The position numbers were made by a program, and so were the translations under genes. Shown piece by piece: positions 35,009 through 47,846 of a stretch of DNA of 64,000 bases. Source of the DNA: Raillietiella orientalis (Eukaryota). The DNA lies in contig JAYWIR010000033.1 in assembly GCA_036172245.1 (NCBI GenBank), forward strand, positions 310,001 to 374,000, written 5' to 3'. The number at the start of each line of letters is the position of its first letter. Position 1 is the first letter of the stretch. The notes beneath the pieces are model-generated. The model was not told the DNA's origin and did no database searches. It saw nothing but the letters and a program-made list of their open reading frames with translations.

Positions 35009-38000
35009 ACCAGGGTTGTAAGTGCGATCCTTCCCGTCCTGGGGGATTTCTTCCCAAGCGTGAGAGGAACGAATGCCGAACCCTTCCTGGATTCATATGG
35101 CAGACCTCCATCCCTAACAGCCCCCTATCCTGAACAATTACACTGGAGAATTACACGCCTCCTTGCGGGTTGCCGCGGGCGGAGAGTCATGAAAACAAAA
35201 CAGTGTGTTTATTGTTTGGAAAGCACCACATGCGCTGCGAGGCACGCGACTGGCTCTCAGGTACTCAGCAAACTAAAAAAAAAAAACAGAAAACTCTTAA
35301 AGAAACAAAGCTGAGAGAAAAAGAGCCTAGAGAAGAAAAAAGAAGAACTCAAGGATTTCCATCGTCCTCGGCCAATAGTAACGATCTCCTCGTGGAGGTC
35401 GCTGCTATCCTTTAAATAAAAAGAAAAAAGGTGTCCAATTCTTTTAAACCACCAAGATGTCGCATTTGCCGTAGAGCAGTTTTTTCTTTAAGAGTCTCTA
35501 AATAAACATGAAAATAATTAATTGCATTTTTGCAGCACACATGGAACTTTATCTCGCTGGAGCAAATTTTGCTTTTTTGTCAGTGGAGATGCAGAGGTGT
35601 CGCGTGTTATGTCGTGGAAAGCTGAACAAATTTTTTCCATAATGCGGAACTCCAAAATCCTTGAAAGAAGTTGGAAAACAATTTAGGACTATTAAGATAT
35701 CATTGATGCATGCAATGGATTGCATATTCATTAGTCCCGGTTGCCATAGAGGGTGAATGTTCTTCTCGATTATAGGTACTACAAAGGTCCAGCAAAGGCT
35801 CCGATAGAGAATTGACAAATGGTTAATGCTGCTGTAAGAGAAGACACCCATGTTTTGCCTTTCTTGACATCCAGTATTGCTGCATACTTAAGAATCGCGA
35901 CAAGAGAATTCAGACTTCGCATTCCGCAAATGTCGTTTGCCCCATGTATGATCCTTCCTGCTAGAGAGGCTGCATGGGATCTATGGCAGCAGAAATAAAA
36001 GCTTCTTCTTGTAATAGCCTTTTCCCATCTGTTTAGCAATTTGGAAGCAGAACAAGAAATGTGCAAGCGCTAGTGCTCAAAAAGATCAGTTATTCCTCCT
36101 CTCTGCATATAAATGAAACAGAACAAATTTCAATCTGTGCTTAAATCCCTCAGTACGCCTGATAAGACACGCAGGAAGTTCTCTTGGAAATCCAAAAAAT
36201 CACGTGTTTTTCATTTCTGGAACTTTCTTCCATGCGAGGCAATGCTGCTTAGCTGTTTTACCGGGCAAACGCTCTCTGAAGATTTTAAATAGCATGTTTA
36301 TTCAGGTTAAGATTCTCCTTCATTTGTGGATTTGTAGAGTAAATTTGTACGTTAGTATGAAGATTTCATGGCTGCGACCTTTCCTACACTGCCATCCACT
36401 GCGCTTAATGAGATTTTGCATAAAAGATCGAGTGAGCGAACAAGGTGAAGAATCTTGCTGAAGTTAATCACGAGAAAATCATTTCACTTACTGTCGAAAA
36501 CCCCGCCGAATCCAGATGGAACACTCGCTACATTATCAAGAATTTTCGACATCTCTAAGTCCAGAATATCATTCTCAGATATTTATTTGTGGTTCTTCTT
36601 AGCTCTAAGTAGGATAGAGGATTTTCACATTATTTTCGTTCTTATCATTTTTGTCCTTCCCGATTTTTACACAAAAGCAGCTAAAGCAGCTCGGAAGGAA
36701 GCATGACCAAAGCAGTTGCTTGTATGAACGCAATCATAAGATCGTTTTTGCCCTGCACTTATCCTCCAAGCAAACAAGTATACTTTTCAAACGTAGTATC
36801 ACCTTCATACGTTTCTGTCTGCTCAAGTGGGGAATGACACCTTGGTTTTGCCTATTTCCTACTTCCTTGGTATGGAAGCATTTCAATTATAATCCCTAGC
36901 GCAACTTCTTGATTAAATGTCAAAGCTTTAAGCTCTCACTTATGACGCCTAGGCTTGTTTTAACCTCTAAATTTAGTTTTCTCTTCCCTGCATCGAACTC
37001 ACTTCGCATGAGTACACACTATTTCCGCAATCCCACTTTTCATATCTTAATAGTACCAGTAGTGATCAACGGCTTTCCCTGTATGCCTCTCTCTGTTCTC
37101 AACTTCGTTTCAGTGGATAAAGTGAGACTAGGAATTTTAAAGGGAGAAAAGTGGACGAAGCTCACAGAAGGATGCTCGCAACATCCGCTCTTGCAGTCAA
37201 ACCTTTCTTTCTGTTTCAGAAAAGAGTTCACCCATTTGTTATTCGAACTTTTGCGGAAGCTACGGATTGGCTGGTGCTTACTGCGAACATGAGGGAGGAA
37301 TGATGCGGCGGACCACACATGCATGAGAGCTCACAACCAAGAGAAAAGTATGCACCTCATAAAAAGGTATCTCGAGTTTTCCCTTCGATCATGAGAAAAA
37401 AAAAATCTGAGAAATCTGCTAGCACGCATGGAGATGATGTGTCTGTGTTTTGACAAGTACCATATTGTGGAAATTACGCAAGGGGTTTGCCTGTTGTGCT
37501 CCCTCGACCAACTATTTACTGATCAACTCCGCACCACATTTTAAGAAACGAACTTCAATTCTTCTAATAACTGAGTGAATTCTTCTTTTTGCTTTGAATG
37601 CTTCAGTAACAACAAGAGGAATTCAAGAAGAATTTCAGCATAATGTTGCTTACAAATGTGCGTATGGTTCTAACTTTGAAATTCTCAAGTCTTAATGAAG
37701 TTATCATAAAGGAAATGCCTGATGATTATTCAGACAAACTGTTGGGCAGGTAGGGAGTTTGGATGTTGAACGTTGCGAAACACTGAATGCAAATCAACAT
37801 ACCGCAACTTGAGAAATGCATGCCGGGGTCTACGCTCATGCGAAACGCTCCCTTTCGCTATTAACGAAAAATCGAGCTATCTATGTTAACGAAGAAATGA
37901 AAGTTCCGTGTTTTAGAGTTAAAAGGCGAAGATGTTTTGAAAAATGCCGCTCCATTCTGAGGTTTCGTACCTCCCATCGATGGGTGCAACTGTAAGGCAC

Positions 38001-38373
38001 ACACTAAACGCGTCCGAGGTTTTACCTTATATCACCATCGTAGGAAACACACTGGTACTGTGATAGATTTTCAGGAGCATGGGATGAGAGCAAAGAAAGT
38101 ATTTGAATGAAATCTCTCACTGTCAAGACTGCTTTGAACGAAAAACAAAATCTTCAAAGCTTGAAAAATCAAACTCATCCTTGTATACTGAGGATCAAAA
38201 CGCCATTAACGGTGAAGATACAACACGCGTTATCTGAAATACGGAAGAAATTAAAACAAGGCGTAGTAAATTGGGCTCTTTTGCTATGTCGGAGCACAAC
38301 TCCTTACTTTAGACAGGTTTCATGTGCATTTTAGATCGAGGCGAGAAGGGAGATTGACTTTTTTAAGCCCGCC

Positions 38374-38781
38374 ATGAACAACATGGTTGAAGGTTTTCGT
38401 TTCGACAAATTTCATGTTTCAGTGGCTGCTGATGTTCGTGACAGTTGTAAGCCTCGAAGTGAACAGCGCCGAGCGCAATGCTTTGCAGTTCCGACAGACT
38501 TATGGCGACATCAAGTTTGAGAATTCCAAAGGAAAGTGCTCTTCTATTCTTGTGACGCCACCTCCTGAGGAACCATGAGAACCGTGCTCGGTAGCATGGA
38601 CTGCGAATCAGCTTTTTACACCTCAGAAGGAAACTTGTTCAGTGGTGGTGACGGTAAGGAGGAAGTGCACATGCAGTAAGATTAAATCGTTTTTCTTAGA
38701 CTTTTTTCGACCTTGCGGTGAATGTTTGCTAACTTCGTAAAAGGACCTTGTCAATGCTCAGTTTCACCGAATATCGAGTAA
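38374..38781 (+). pseudogene. Paralog of the small secreted Cys-rich gene, disabled (exons 38374-38385, 38423-38653, 38700-38781)
   Basis: MNNM/WLLMFVTVVSLEVNSAERN...KGPCQCSVSPNIE*. Introns 38386-38422 and 38654-38699. A 9-nt insertion brings TGA at 38576 and exon 3 is 8 nt shorter (frameshift). Confidence 0.75.
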
Positions 38782-40154
38782 GACACCTTCCTAATTAAGC
38801 TACCAAGCACCAGCTTCCCTTTCGCATGAATAACGCATCCGTGTTTCCTTATGATTTGGACATGCCCTTATCCTTTGCACTTGCGCTTTTCCCCCTGCTG
38901 CGCTCTGCATGATGACATAGTCGCCAGCAGGGTTACAACCATCTGCAGCAAATTGATTAGGCATGAAAGCTATGCTCTCGGTTGCAACGTGAGGTCGTAG
39001 TTGCATCATCTAACATCAAAACTCGGAATTAATCGAACTTTTTGAGATTTTTTAATTTCCCAGCGGTACCGTACTTAGTCTCTCGAAATTGTCAGTTTTC
39101 TGGGCAAAACCCTAGTACTTCGCGTCCAAAATGTGCACACCTATGAGAAGGTTTGGGCAATCTTCCCACAAGAAGGATCCAACGAGTCTTTAGAAATGTG
39201 ATCAACATCAGAAGTGCGCAGCCAATTTTGAATCGCAAGGAGATCTTTTTCTTAAATACAATCTTTCATTGAGGGAGAAAGTACACTGGCCGCCGTGCTA
39301 AAAACGGCATTTAATGTGAATTGCACGTTTGGAAAATATTCCGTATGCCTTTTGGAATTTCTGAAAACTAGTGAGATCCAAGAGAACTCTCACCATCTGT
39401 AGCGGAAGTAGCCTTTCCTGCGTATTCGCTAGTAGTGAAGAATTAAAGTGAAAATATATATACTGCTAGGATTCTTATTCACTTCCTGCTTGTGCTGTGC
39501 TGATGAATGAAGCAGTCATTAATCGCTCTGGAAGATGACAATTTAACGATTACTCATCCTTCTGCCACTAAGATACAGTAAAAATCGGAACCTTTGGAAT
39601 ATTCGTTTACAAAAGAAAGAATTCAATTTTTCCAGTGCAATTACCAATTTCTGAATTCGCAACACAAAGGCGATATGAAAATTCAAGTGTTGCTGGAATA
39701 GTATGAAATCCAACCCTTTCTTTTCATAAAGACATCACTGCTTTCCAAACGCGACTACGATAGTGTTTACCCAAGGGATGCCTACAGTAAAGTGATCGAA
39801 TCTTAGTAAGTCACTGGAAAAGTTAGGTGCCACCTAAGCAAAGATAAGGGTTTCGCCTAAAGAAGTCTCTTACAGAAGTCGATGTTTCTAAAGCATAAGC
39901 GTTGCGCACGCAATGATCAATCATCAAACGGCTCCCTCAAAAAAGAGCTTATAACACACTAAAAAGTATTATAGTGGAATTGAAAATGTATTTCGTTGTG
40001 ACACTTGTGTATGAATGCGATCCGCTTTTGAACTCAATTGACCGTTGAATAAGTTTACTCGATTTATTAGGGCAATCAATTCCTCAGAAATTCTAAAAGA
40101 TTCGCTGTGTGATGGAAAGCCGCGAAATTTCATGTATCAGATTTCATGTTTTGG

Positions 40155-41370
40155 ATTTGCAAGAAGGCACGGATGCGCACGTAGAGCATCGCCAAAACAT
40201 GTCCCTGGGTGTGCCTTCGGCAATGTTCAGAATCGTAGAAAGAAGATCCTAGAAAAGGCGGAAGGCGATGCATTCCAGAAAAAGGTGACGCATGGTCTCC
40301 TCTCTGCGTCGTGCAAAACGGCCATCCATATTTTCACGAGTCCAGAGAGTGAGGCGTAGTTTGCAGGGTATGGATCTCCTGCAGCGTCTAGCGAGCGTGT
40401 CTTTTCAGGCAACTGTTCCTTGTATCGCTTAGGATGTAGATCTGTTACCACGTGATGACTGACCTCTACAGTCATGCGGAGTAGAGTCCGGGAAGGTAGG
40501 AGATGTAGGCGTTCTCTCGAACCGCAACTGTCATACAACGCAGCTGAGGTCTTCATCATGTGAGCCTAACGTAGCGATTCGGCAGAAACGACGATAATCC
40601 GCCAAATCCTGAGGCTCGTTGCGCCAAGAACCTTGCTTGGGCGCACTCAGGCGTGTCCCAGAATTCCGCCGCAAGGGCGAGTGTCTGGAGTCGGAGCTGA
40701 AGCTCTATGAGCTCCAAAGTAAAGAGGCCAATTCTTGCGTCCCTTCGTGGAGCGCAAAAGTCTTTCAGTCGCACACGGGATCTCCCTTTGCCTCACAGAG
40801 ATGCCCTTAGGAGGCCCGCTGCTTCTTTACGAATGAAAGCAGGAGCAAAGCAAACAAAAGGCAAGAGACGAAAGAGGGAAGCCAAAAACGCTATTTGCAT
40901 CGCGACTCGTTTCTGAATTAAAACTAGACTTCCTGGAACGCATCCCATCGCCAACGATAACTTTTGGAGACGGTCGTGCTAGGCTCCTGCTGCGCAGAAC
41001 TCCACCAACGGAACGCTAAGGTACTTGAAGAACCTGCCCTTGGGGATCCACAAGCGAATCCAGTCCGGCCGTCCAGCACACGCCGAGTCGACAGAAAGGA
41101 AGCATGACTTCGTTCTGTTCAAATCCAGGATAGTCCCATAAAGACGCAATTCACGTTCCCGAAGGAATCCTTGAGCATGGACGTTGAAATCTTTAGCTAT
41201 TAGACTAGTTTTCAGCACGAACATGTCCACCATTCTTTCGCGCTTCAAGGTTTCCTGCAACGCATTCCTATGCTGGTTACTCTGCCTGCCGCTGGGAGCG
41301 TAAACGTTTGCGTCGATGAGGTGGACCTCGTCCGACCATGTGAGAGTCAATTGGCCGACGCGACCGCTGA
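40155..41370 (-). mobile_element. Old deleted LINE (duplicate of 8880-10365)
   Basis: ORFs 40979..41398, 40556..40774 and 40227..40559. Confidence 0.75.
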
Positions 41371-41449
41371 TCAATTCGTTGATGCCTAGCTTCTTCACGC
41401 CAGGCGGTCTGCCTTAGGTGCTGCTATTGCAACGGCCTGTTGAACCCGA

Positions 41450-43636
41450 GCCATCAACAATGGCCACTCAGAGCTGCAGAAGCAGTCGATTCAACAGAAG
41501 GCCACTGGAATAGCCGACGAGAACATCCGATCTCGGCAGCTGACGTCTCGTCGGCAACGAGAGAAGCGTAATAGTGCTTTGTATACACATGAGACGGGTA
41601 ACCAAATCTGCGGTGAACTAGAAGGCGTCGGGGTACGCGACTACCACCTCCTGGCTCTAATGCCAGTAAGCCCGCTCGGGCATTGGGAGGTGCTTTACTA
41701 AGATGCAGCCCTTGTCCAGAGTCTGCTCAGAACGCCCCTCAAAATCAGGGGTAATCCTTTCGGTCCTCGAGCAGTCGTTCGTGGTCCAAATCTCGTCCAT
41801 TAGGGCGGAAATCGCCGACCGCGATTCAATTGTTGCACTTGAGGCGTTCGCCACAGTGCGCGTATTATGGAGGCGCGTGAACCCCATCAAGAAGGTTTCA
41901 CGCCCCTCTTGCGGACTCGCCGCGGCGCGCATAACTATGGACAACCGGAGACTGCTGCCTTTGTAGATTCATCTTGGTGACGGCGTCATTTTTCTGCTGT
42001 TTGCCCAACATACCCATGCTTGCGGCAACTGCGGAAAGGAAGGACACCGTCCGCGGAAGTTCTCCAAACGTAGTTGCCACTACTGCAAGATGCTTGATCA
42101 CTCAATCAGTAAGTGCGCCGAGCTAAGAAGAAAATGGCGGGCGAGAAACGTCCCCGCGACATCGCTGTCCGCGAAGATTCTATCCATCCCATTGTCGGGC
42201 AAGAAATCCGGCGCGAACGAGATTTAGCAGCGGAGTATCCCAAAGCCCGTTTGCGCGGGCGTGTCTGGGAGCAAAGCTGCCCCAAAAAATGCGCAAAAGG
42301 GCAAAAAGCTTGTCTAAGCTGCCCAAAGCAAGACCCGAGCCACCTAGCCCGCCAAAAACATCGTGAAAACGGCAAAACCGCCGCCTCCGTTCTGTGCCTG
42401 CTCCGGAACGGAATAGCGGTGGCCCGCTCGGAAAGTCCAATGGAGCTTTAAAAGGCGATAAGAGCCCCTACGACCGCAAAAGGCAAGCCTGCCACGGCGA
42501 GCCGATCTGCGGAAAAGGCTGCAAAGCCTCTCGCGTCTCTTCCCCCACTCTGCTCGCATCTTTCGTCAAGAAGGTACAAAAGGCATATGTGGCAAGGTCA
42601 AAACTGGCGAGCATTGCCCATCGAAGAGCCTTGGAAATGTTGCAGAGAACCCTGGAGGCAATTGCGTTCAGACAAGGTATACCAGAGATGGGCGAGGCTG
42701 AATGGACTTTTGTTGAGAGAAGGAAGAAGAAGAAAAGGAAACCACGGGATACTTCGCACTTGTCCATCATTTAAATAGATATAATAAAGCAAGAGCACCA
42801 CGTGCCAAGGAAGGCGTACGAGAAAGCCACGGCTGCCAACGCCGCCACCACCAGTGAGCGATAGATGCCGAAGGCAACCTCTACCAATGCTGGACCAGCA
42901 ACAAGCTTCTAGCAAAGGAGACCACAGGCAAAACGCCTGCCGTTCGCTCGAAATGCGCACTTCGAGGTGGAGTCCAAGAGCAGAGCAAGTGCTCTCCAAT
43001 CCCCAGGTAAACCCAGAGCTGCGCGCAAGCCGAAACTTCCCAGACGAGAATCTGATGCCTGGAACAGTTTCCAATGCTCCTTGGAGCCCATGGCAATGAT
43101 CCTCGACTCTACTGAGCCAGACGCGTGCTGCGCAGCGGAGACAAGGTGCGCTTCCGCTCCTCAACCTGCCGTGCTCCCGGCTGATGCTCCGTCGGACGGA
43201 GCGAGGAACGCGCTTCCATATCCTCAGCCGTAATGCGCGGCGTCGCATTTTCTCGTGGCGTCCGTGTAGCCTGTTGAAACGTCAACCGGCTGCAGGACAA
43301 CAAGAAGAAGCGATTAATAGCTAACGTCTTGAATGACTCTGATCTGGCCCTGCTCATGCTTTCTCAGAACAGCAAGCGGCCAATTTGGGAGATAGCGCAG
43401 ATGGGAGGCTCCATCGCAGACATTGTTCCAGTGGCGTCGCATTTTTCATCAAGCCAGTAGTCACCGCTGCCCTGAAGGGTGTGCCATTCGACGTTGCCTG
43501 TCGAGCCGACCGACTGATTTTAATGTCGGAGACGATCGATTTAATCGTCACGAACGTGTGCGCCCCCAGAGGTTCTCTTGGGTACCAGGAACGTAAGCAA
43601 ACGTTCACAGGGCTCAATTGATTGCCGGCGATTCCG
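41450..43636 (+). mobile_element. LINE ORF1 remnant and endonuclease N-terminus
   Basis: CGNCGKEGH...CHYCKMLDHSISKC at ~42017-42115; TAATG at 43231; VTNVCAP and IAGD motifs. Confidence 0.8.
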
Positions 43637-45940
43637 CGAGCAGTGCGGACGTGTTTTTTTCTCGCTATCGTAGCCAAGCTTAAGTTCGCTCCATCCTGGT
43701 GTCGTGCATTACGGGAACGATGCTTTCCCATCCCGAAGCTACTGAAGTTGGAGGAACAGCATCCGGATCTTCAACTGCGGAACCGACGACCGCCTTTCAG
43801 CGAAAGTCGGCAAAATAAAATCCGCGCCGCGCATAAAACCGGAGAAAGCAGAGAGGGATACCACGCTGTCTCAGTGGGAGAGTAAGCTCAGGACTGACGC
43901 GGATGCGATGCTGACGAAAGGCTTAAGAGTCCTTCCAAAAGCAACGCCGATGACGAGCGTGTAGGAGCCATCGGAAGTGCCCACGTCTAAAGACGCCGGC
44001 TCATCCAACAAAGGCAACGGAAATTAAAAGCTCACAAAAAAAAAAGCGAAAAAATAAACAAAGCTCCAAAAAACGCAGGACAATGTCCATCCACGGCGCC
44101 ATGCGAAGTGAAAACCCGCCGTGAAGTCAAAAAGACTTCCTCAAAGGTTCCTCGTGGAAATGCCCGTAACCACGCGGAAAGCGCACGCGCCGGGAAAGCA
44201 GCCGTCACTAAGAGCGACTCTATGATGACGGAAAATAACGAAAGGACCTCTGTCAATCCAGCAGAACCTGCGACTTCTTAGTGGAAGGCCGAATGCCGAT
44301 AGAGTATCAGCCAGTCGGACTCCGAACCGGAAGCCGACACGAACGCGGAGATGGGGATAACTCGTTCGAAAGCGTGTGCGCGCCCTTTGAAAGTAGGGAA
44401 ATAAGCAACGCACACAGCAAAGCAAAGACAATTCTCCACCAAACACGACGAGGTTAAACCTGGCGTGAGATGCGAGATATATGCAGCACGAAGGGGAACG
44501 GTGGCGATCGTGCCCTCTAGCCGGTCGTGCTGCTCGCCGTCCGCTCGCCGGATCAAGCGAGCAAAATGCCGCCGCGTTTCTAGCCGTACTGCGGGGAGTC
44601 ACGTTTTCTCGTCGTCTGTCCGTCGCGTTAAGGGTTGCGTGCTGTTCGTTTTGTTGACGAAGGACGGGTGAGCCAACTTGTTGTGAAGAGGTGCGAATCC
44701 ATCCATCTCGTCGTTACGAACGTCTAAGCGCCGTGTGGTTGTCACTACCTCGATGGAAGAGTAGATTTCATTGGTGAGGTGCAAAGCCACTAACTCAACT
44801 ACTCCGGTCCCCGAGTTGTGCACCTCGTCGCGGGTGACTTCAACTTCCGCCTGCTGTCCGACAATTGGAGCCTCCATTATGAGCGCGCGCTGCCCATCGA
44901 GATGTGCGCGTCGGAGTACGCCTCCAAGTTGATGGTCAGAGAACCGGAAATAGAAAGATTGCTCGATCACGTTTTCTTCACTGAAAACATGCATTCACGT
45001 GTGGGCAGGAGAAGAAGATGGTAGACTAGGCTTTCTGACCACCACAGGTTGTAGTTTGAGCTCCTTCCGCCAGGCAAGGGGCCTTTGTTGCAAAACTGGA
45101 GGATGCATGCGGATTGGCTTAGCCATCCGGAGGATGCCCAGTATCTCCGTGAACACCTCCGAGGCTCCGCCTTTCAATAACTCGCGGACTGTGACAATCT
45201 CAAAAGAACTGTCCGCAAATGTTCCTCAGGAACATCTCGAGTGGCCCCCGGTGCTCATGGACTCGCACACCCTCCCAATGAGATGGAAACAGTCGGCATT
45301 GCTGGTGTTGCCTTGGGGCCTCCACTACTACGCCTGCCGACAGCGCTGAACGCAAGGTGTCAACCCCAATTGTGTCAGCTGTGGGGAGAGGGAATACCTC
45401 CTTCACCTGTTAGTGGATTGTTTTGCCTTCCGTCCCCTGTGGAAACGCTTTGTCACGGCCCTGAGTGTCCCTGAAGGTAATTGTAGGGACGCTTTGTGCC
45501 CTCTCTCCGTCTGAGATGCTCTGCCTTTAGAGGCCACACTTGCAGCACTGTGCTGCCTACGCAGGATCGTCGTGGCATGGAGAAAAGCTACCGGAGGATC
45601 CAGCGACAGGGATGTTACCGTGTGTGCCGCTTGCTTCTAGCGGATGGCGACGCGATGGCCCCATCTGACATCCACCATTCAGCGACAGCTTGCCGGCATC
45701 CTCCAGAGGATGACGGATCCTTTCAGCAGACAGTGATTCCTTCCCGCTCCCTCCCCAGTTCTGTGTCTTTTTGTTCTCTTTTTGTTTCGTTCCCTTTTCC
45801 CTCTGCTGCCGAGGTCGACCGCGTCGGTCTGCGCACCAGTAGCTTGGCAATCTGCTACTTTCTAGGACGTGGCTGGACTACTGTTCCAGTCACAATATAG
45901 CTAAGTTTGTTGACAAAATAAACGTCCCAGCGAACCGGGT
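43637..45940 (+). mobile_element. Deleted/chimeric LINE: 5' end, Z-like ORF1 end and EN, joined to a 3' end resembling 16060-16780
   Basis: GGACGTG at 43647; 43950-45200 matches 25635-24200 reversed; HLVAGDFNF; switch at ~45220; terminal motif 45917-45940. Confidence 0.75.
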
Positions 45941-45956
45941 TTGAAGCGAGACTCTG

Positions 45957-47846
45957 AAGCGTCAAACGGACGTGTATTGTCGCTGCTCCTGAGTTTGCGT
46001 TTACTTTGCGTTGAGCATGGTTTCTGTGGTGGAATAGGCAGCAATGGCAGACGCCACCACCGGTGAGGATCCGGGGTCGACGTTCCCATTGCCTCCGAAA
46101 GTGATGGAAGTTGAGGCTCCCGCATCAGAGGGGGCTTCCACCAACACTAATGCGCGCCCAGCCCTACCCAGGGCTTGGAACGCCGTGGCTGCGGCACGTA
46201 CGGCAGCGGCTATGGCGGCGATGCGCGCCTACCTGGAGTAGGTGTATAACCCAACCCTCCTATACAAGGTAGGGAATCTTTATTTCCAACAGAGCGCGCG
46301 TGCCTCTTCGCAGGCGATGCGCACTCTCGGCGTACAAAAAGAGGAGCTTCTAGCCATGTCTATCAGAAGCGGGGGTCAGTTTGTGGAAGTCATCGTAAAG
46401 GAGGCAACTCTTGCGCAGATACTTTTGCGAACTCCCGTAATAATGGGCAATCGAAAGCTACTCCCAGTTACGGAAGACCAGTAGCTGCTTATTAACCTGA
46501 CCGGCATTAAGTTCCGGATGACCACAGAGGCCATCCGGAACGATCTAGGATAAGCTGCAATCGTGCACGCGCCCAAGGGCAAGCCCACTCCGTTGGTAAA
46601 CTACGACGAGGTGCTTGGCGGCTTGGGTGCATCGTGAGTCAACACGCTTCGCGATCAGTGTGTTTCATCACAAACTTATCGTCCACGGTGAATCCGTGAA
46701 CGTGTGGCACGTAGGGAAACCCAAGTTCTGAGGCTGCTGCAGCAGCTTTAGACACCACAAAATGAGGTGTCCTAGCGTGCAGTTCGAGCAGTGCCAACAA
46801 GCAACAAGTGCCAAGAGCAGTCCACAAAAACTCAGTCCACGTCACATGTGCGAAAATTGCGAGAAAGCGCGCGGCGAAGATATGAAAGAAGCTGGCAGCG
46901 CGAGCTACAGCGAAAGAGGTAACCTCCGCCACCAAGGCGAATGTCAGCCCCTTTACCACGGAAGAAACGCCGAATAGATTGAGGGACACAGCCAAGAGCC
47001 GAGCTGGAAGAAGTCAACTCTAAGAAGAGAAGTACCATAAAGGCACAGAAAATCGCCAAACGGAGCCAAACTGCACTGCGCTGCCATGCAACGAGAAGTT
47101 GCTGCGTCATCGTGGAGAGGATTCCCGCCATCGACGAATTCGACACTATAGAACTCGCTGCTGCCCTTGCTAAACCCTCCGTTGACAAAGTCAACTAATA
47201 GAGGAGAAAGGCGGCGGCGTCCGTCATCGAGCGTGGGCTCGATGACGTCTCCTTCGAGCACGCTGCGAAGAAGATGGCTGCCTCATTGCAGCCGGCCCCC
47301 TCGAAGGCTTGCAAGAAGGCCGTAAGGCGTCCGGATTCCCCTGAGAAGTCAAACACTTCCCACACCGAGGTGGAGGAACAAAGCACAGCCTCCATCTCAA
47401 CCGCACTTCGCAAATAGCCTGGACAAAACTCCACAAAGCCCCGGAAGTTCGTCAATCCCGACGAAGTTGCAGAGATGGCTTCCGCTAGTCACATTGCGAT
47501 GAGCGTGGGAAAATCCCGGGACCCTTCGCCCGAGAGAATCCCGCACTTCGCCACGGATGGGACCTAGGGGGTGAAGGACGAACAGGTGCCCCTGGTGCTT
47601 GAAGAGGTCTTTGTCCCCGTGGAAATCCCCAACACCTTCCCCGCGGCAGGTGCTGCAGCGCCACCTTCCCAGCAGTAATGCCGGGAATCTCCTCTCGTCG
47701 TCGTCTGCTGATCGCCTACTGGAACGTCAACGGGCTAAGCGACGACGGCAAGAGGCGTGACGTGGCCGCCACCCTGGCATCCTTTGACCTGATGCTGCTG
47801 CAGGAGATCCACGTGATCTCCGAAGATCAAGCTTGGGAGATTTCTC
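45957..47846 (+). mobile_element. LINE (Y-related ORF1) 5' part up to EN LQEIH; endonuclease resumes at 59370
   Basis: GGACGTG at 45968; YNPTLLYKVGNLY (46242..46484); TAATG at 47676; AYWNVNGL and LLQEIH motifs. Confidence 0.8.

Larger units (their letters stand above)
36410..41370. repeat. Inverted segmental duplication, copy 2
   Basis: Reverse-complement match to 8880-14040, including the AT-rich island and adjacent LINE remnant. Confidence 0.9.

Noticed and set aside
34647..35230. Solo LTR (TGT...ACA ends)
   Set aside because: Terminal inverted repeat is poor, there is no TSD, and no second copy or LTR-type genes occur in the window.
35420..36400. Possible additional gene in the AT-rich stretch
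   Set aside because: Only short frames, no recognisable motif, and no paralog in the window to test against.
37148..37200. VDEAHRRMLAT, resembling a DEAH helicase motif (also at ~13370 on the minus strand)
   Set aside because: Preceded by GRK rather than a hydrophobic strand, no Walker A or other helicase motifs nearby, and the frame closes quickly.
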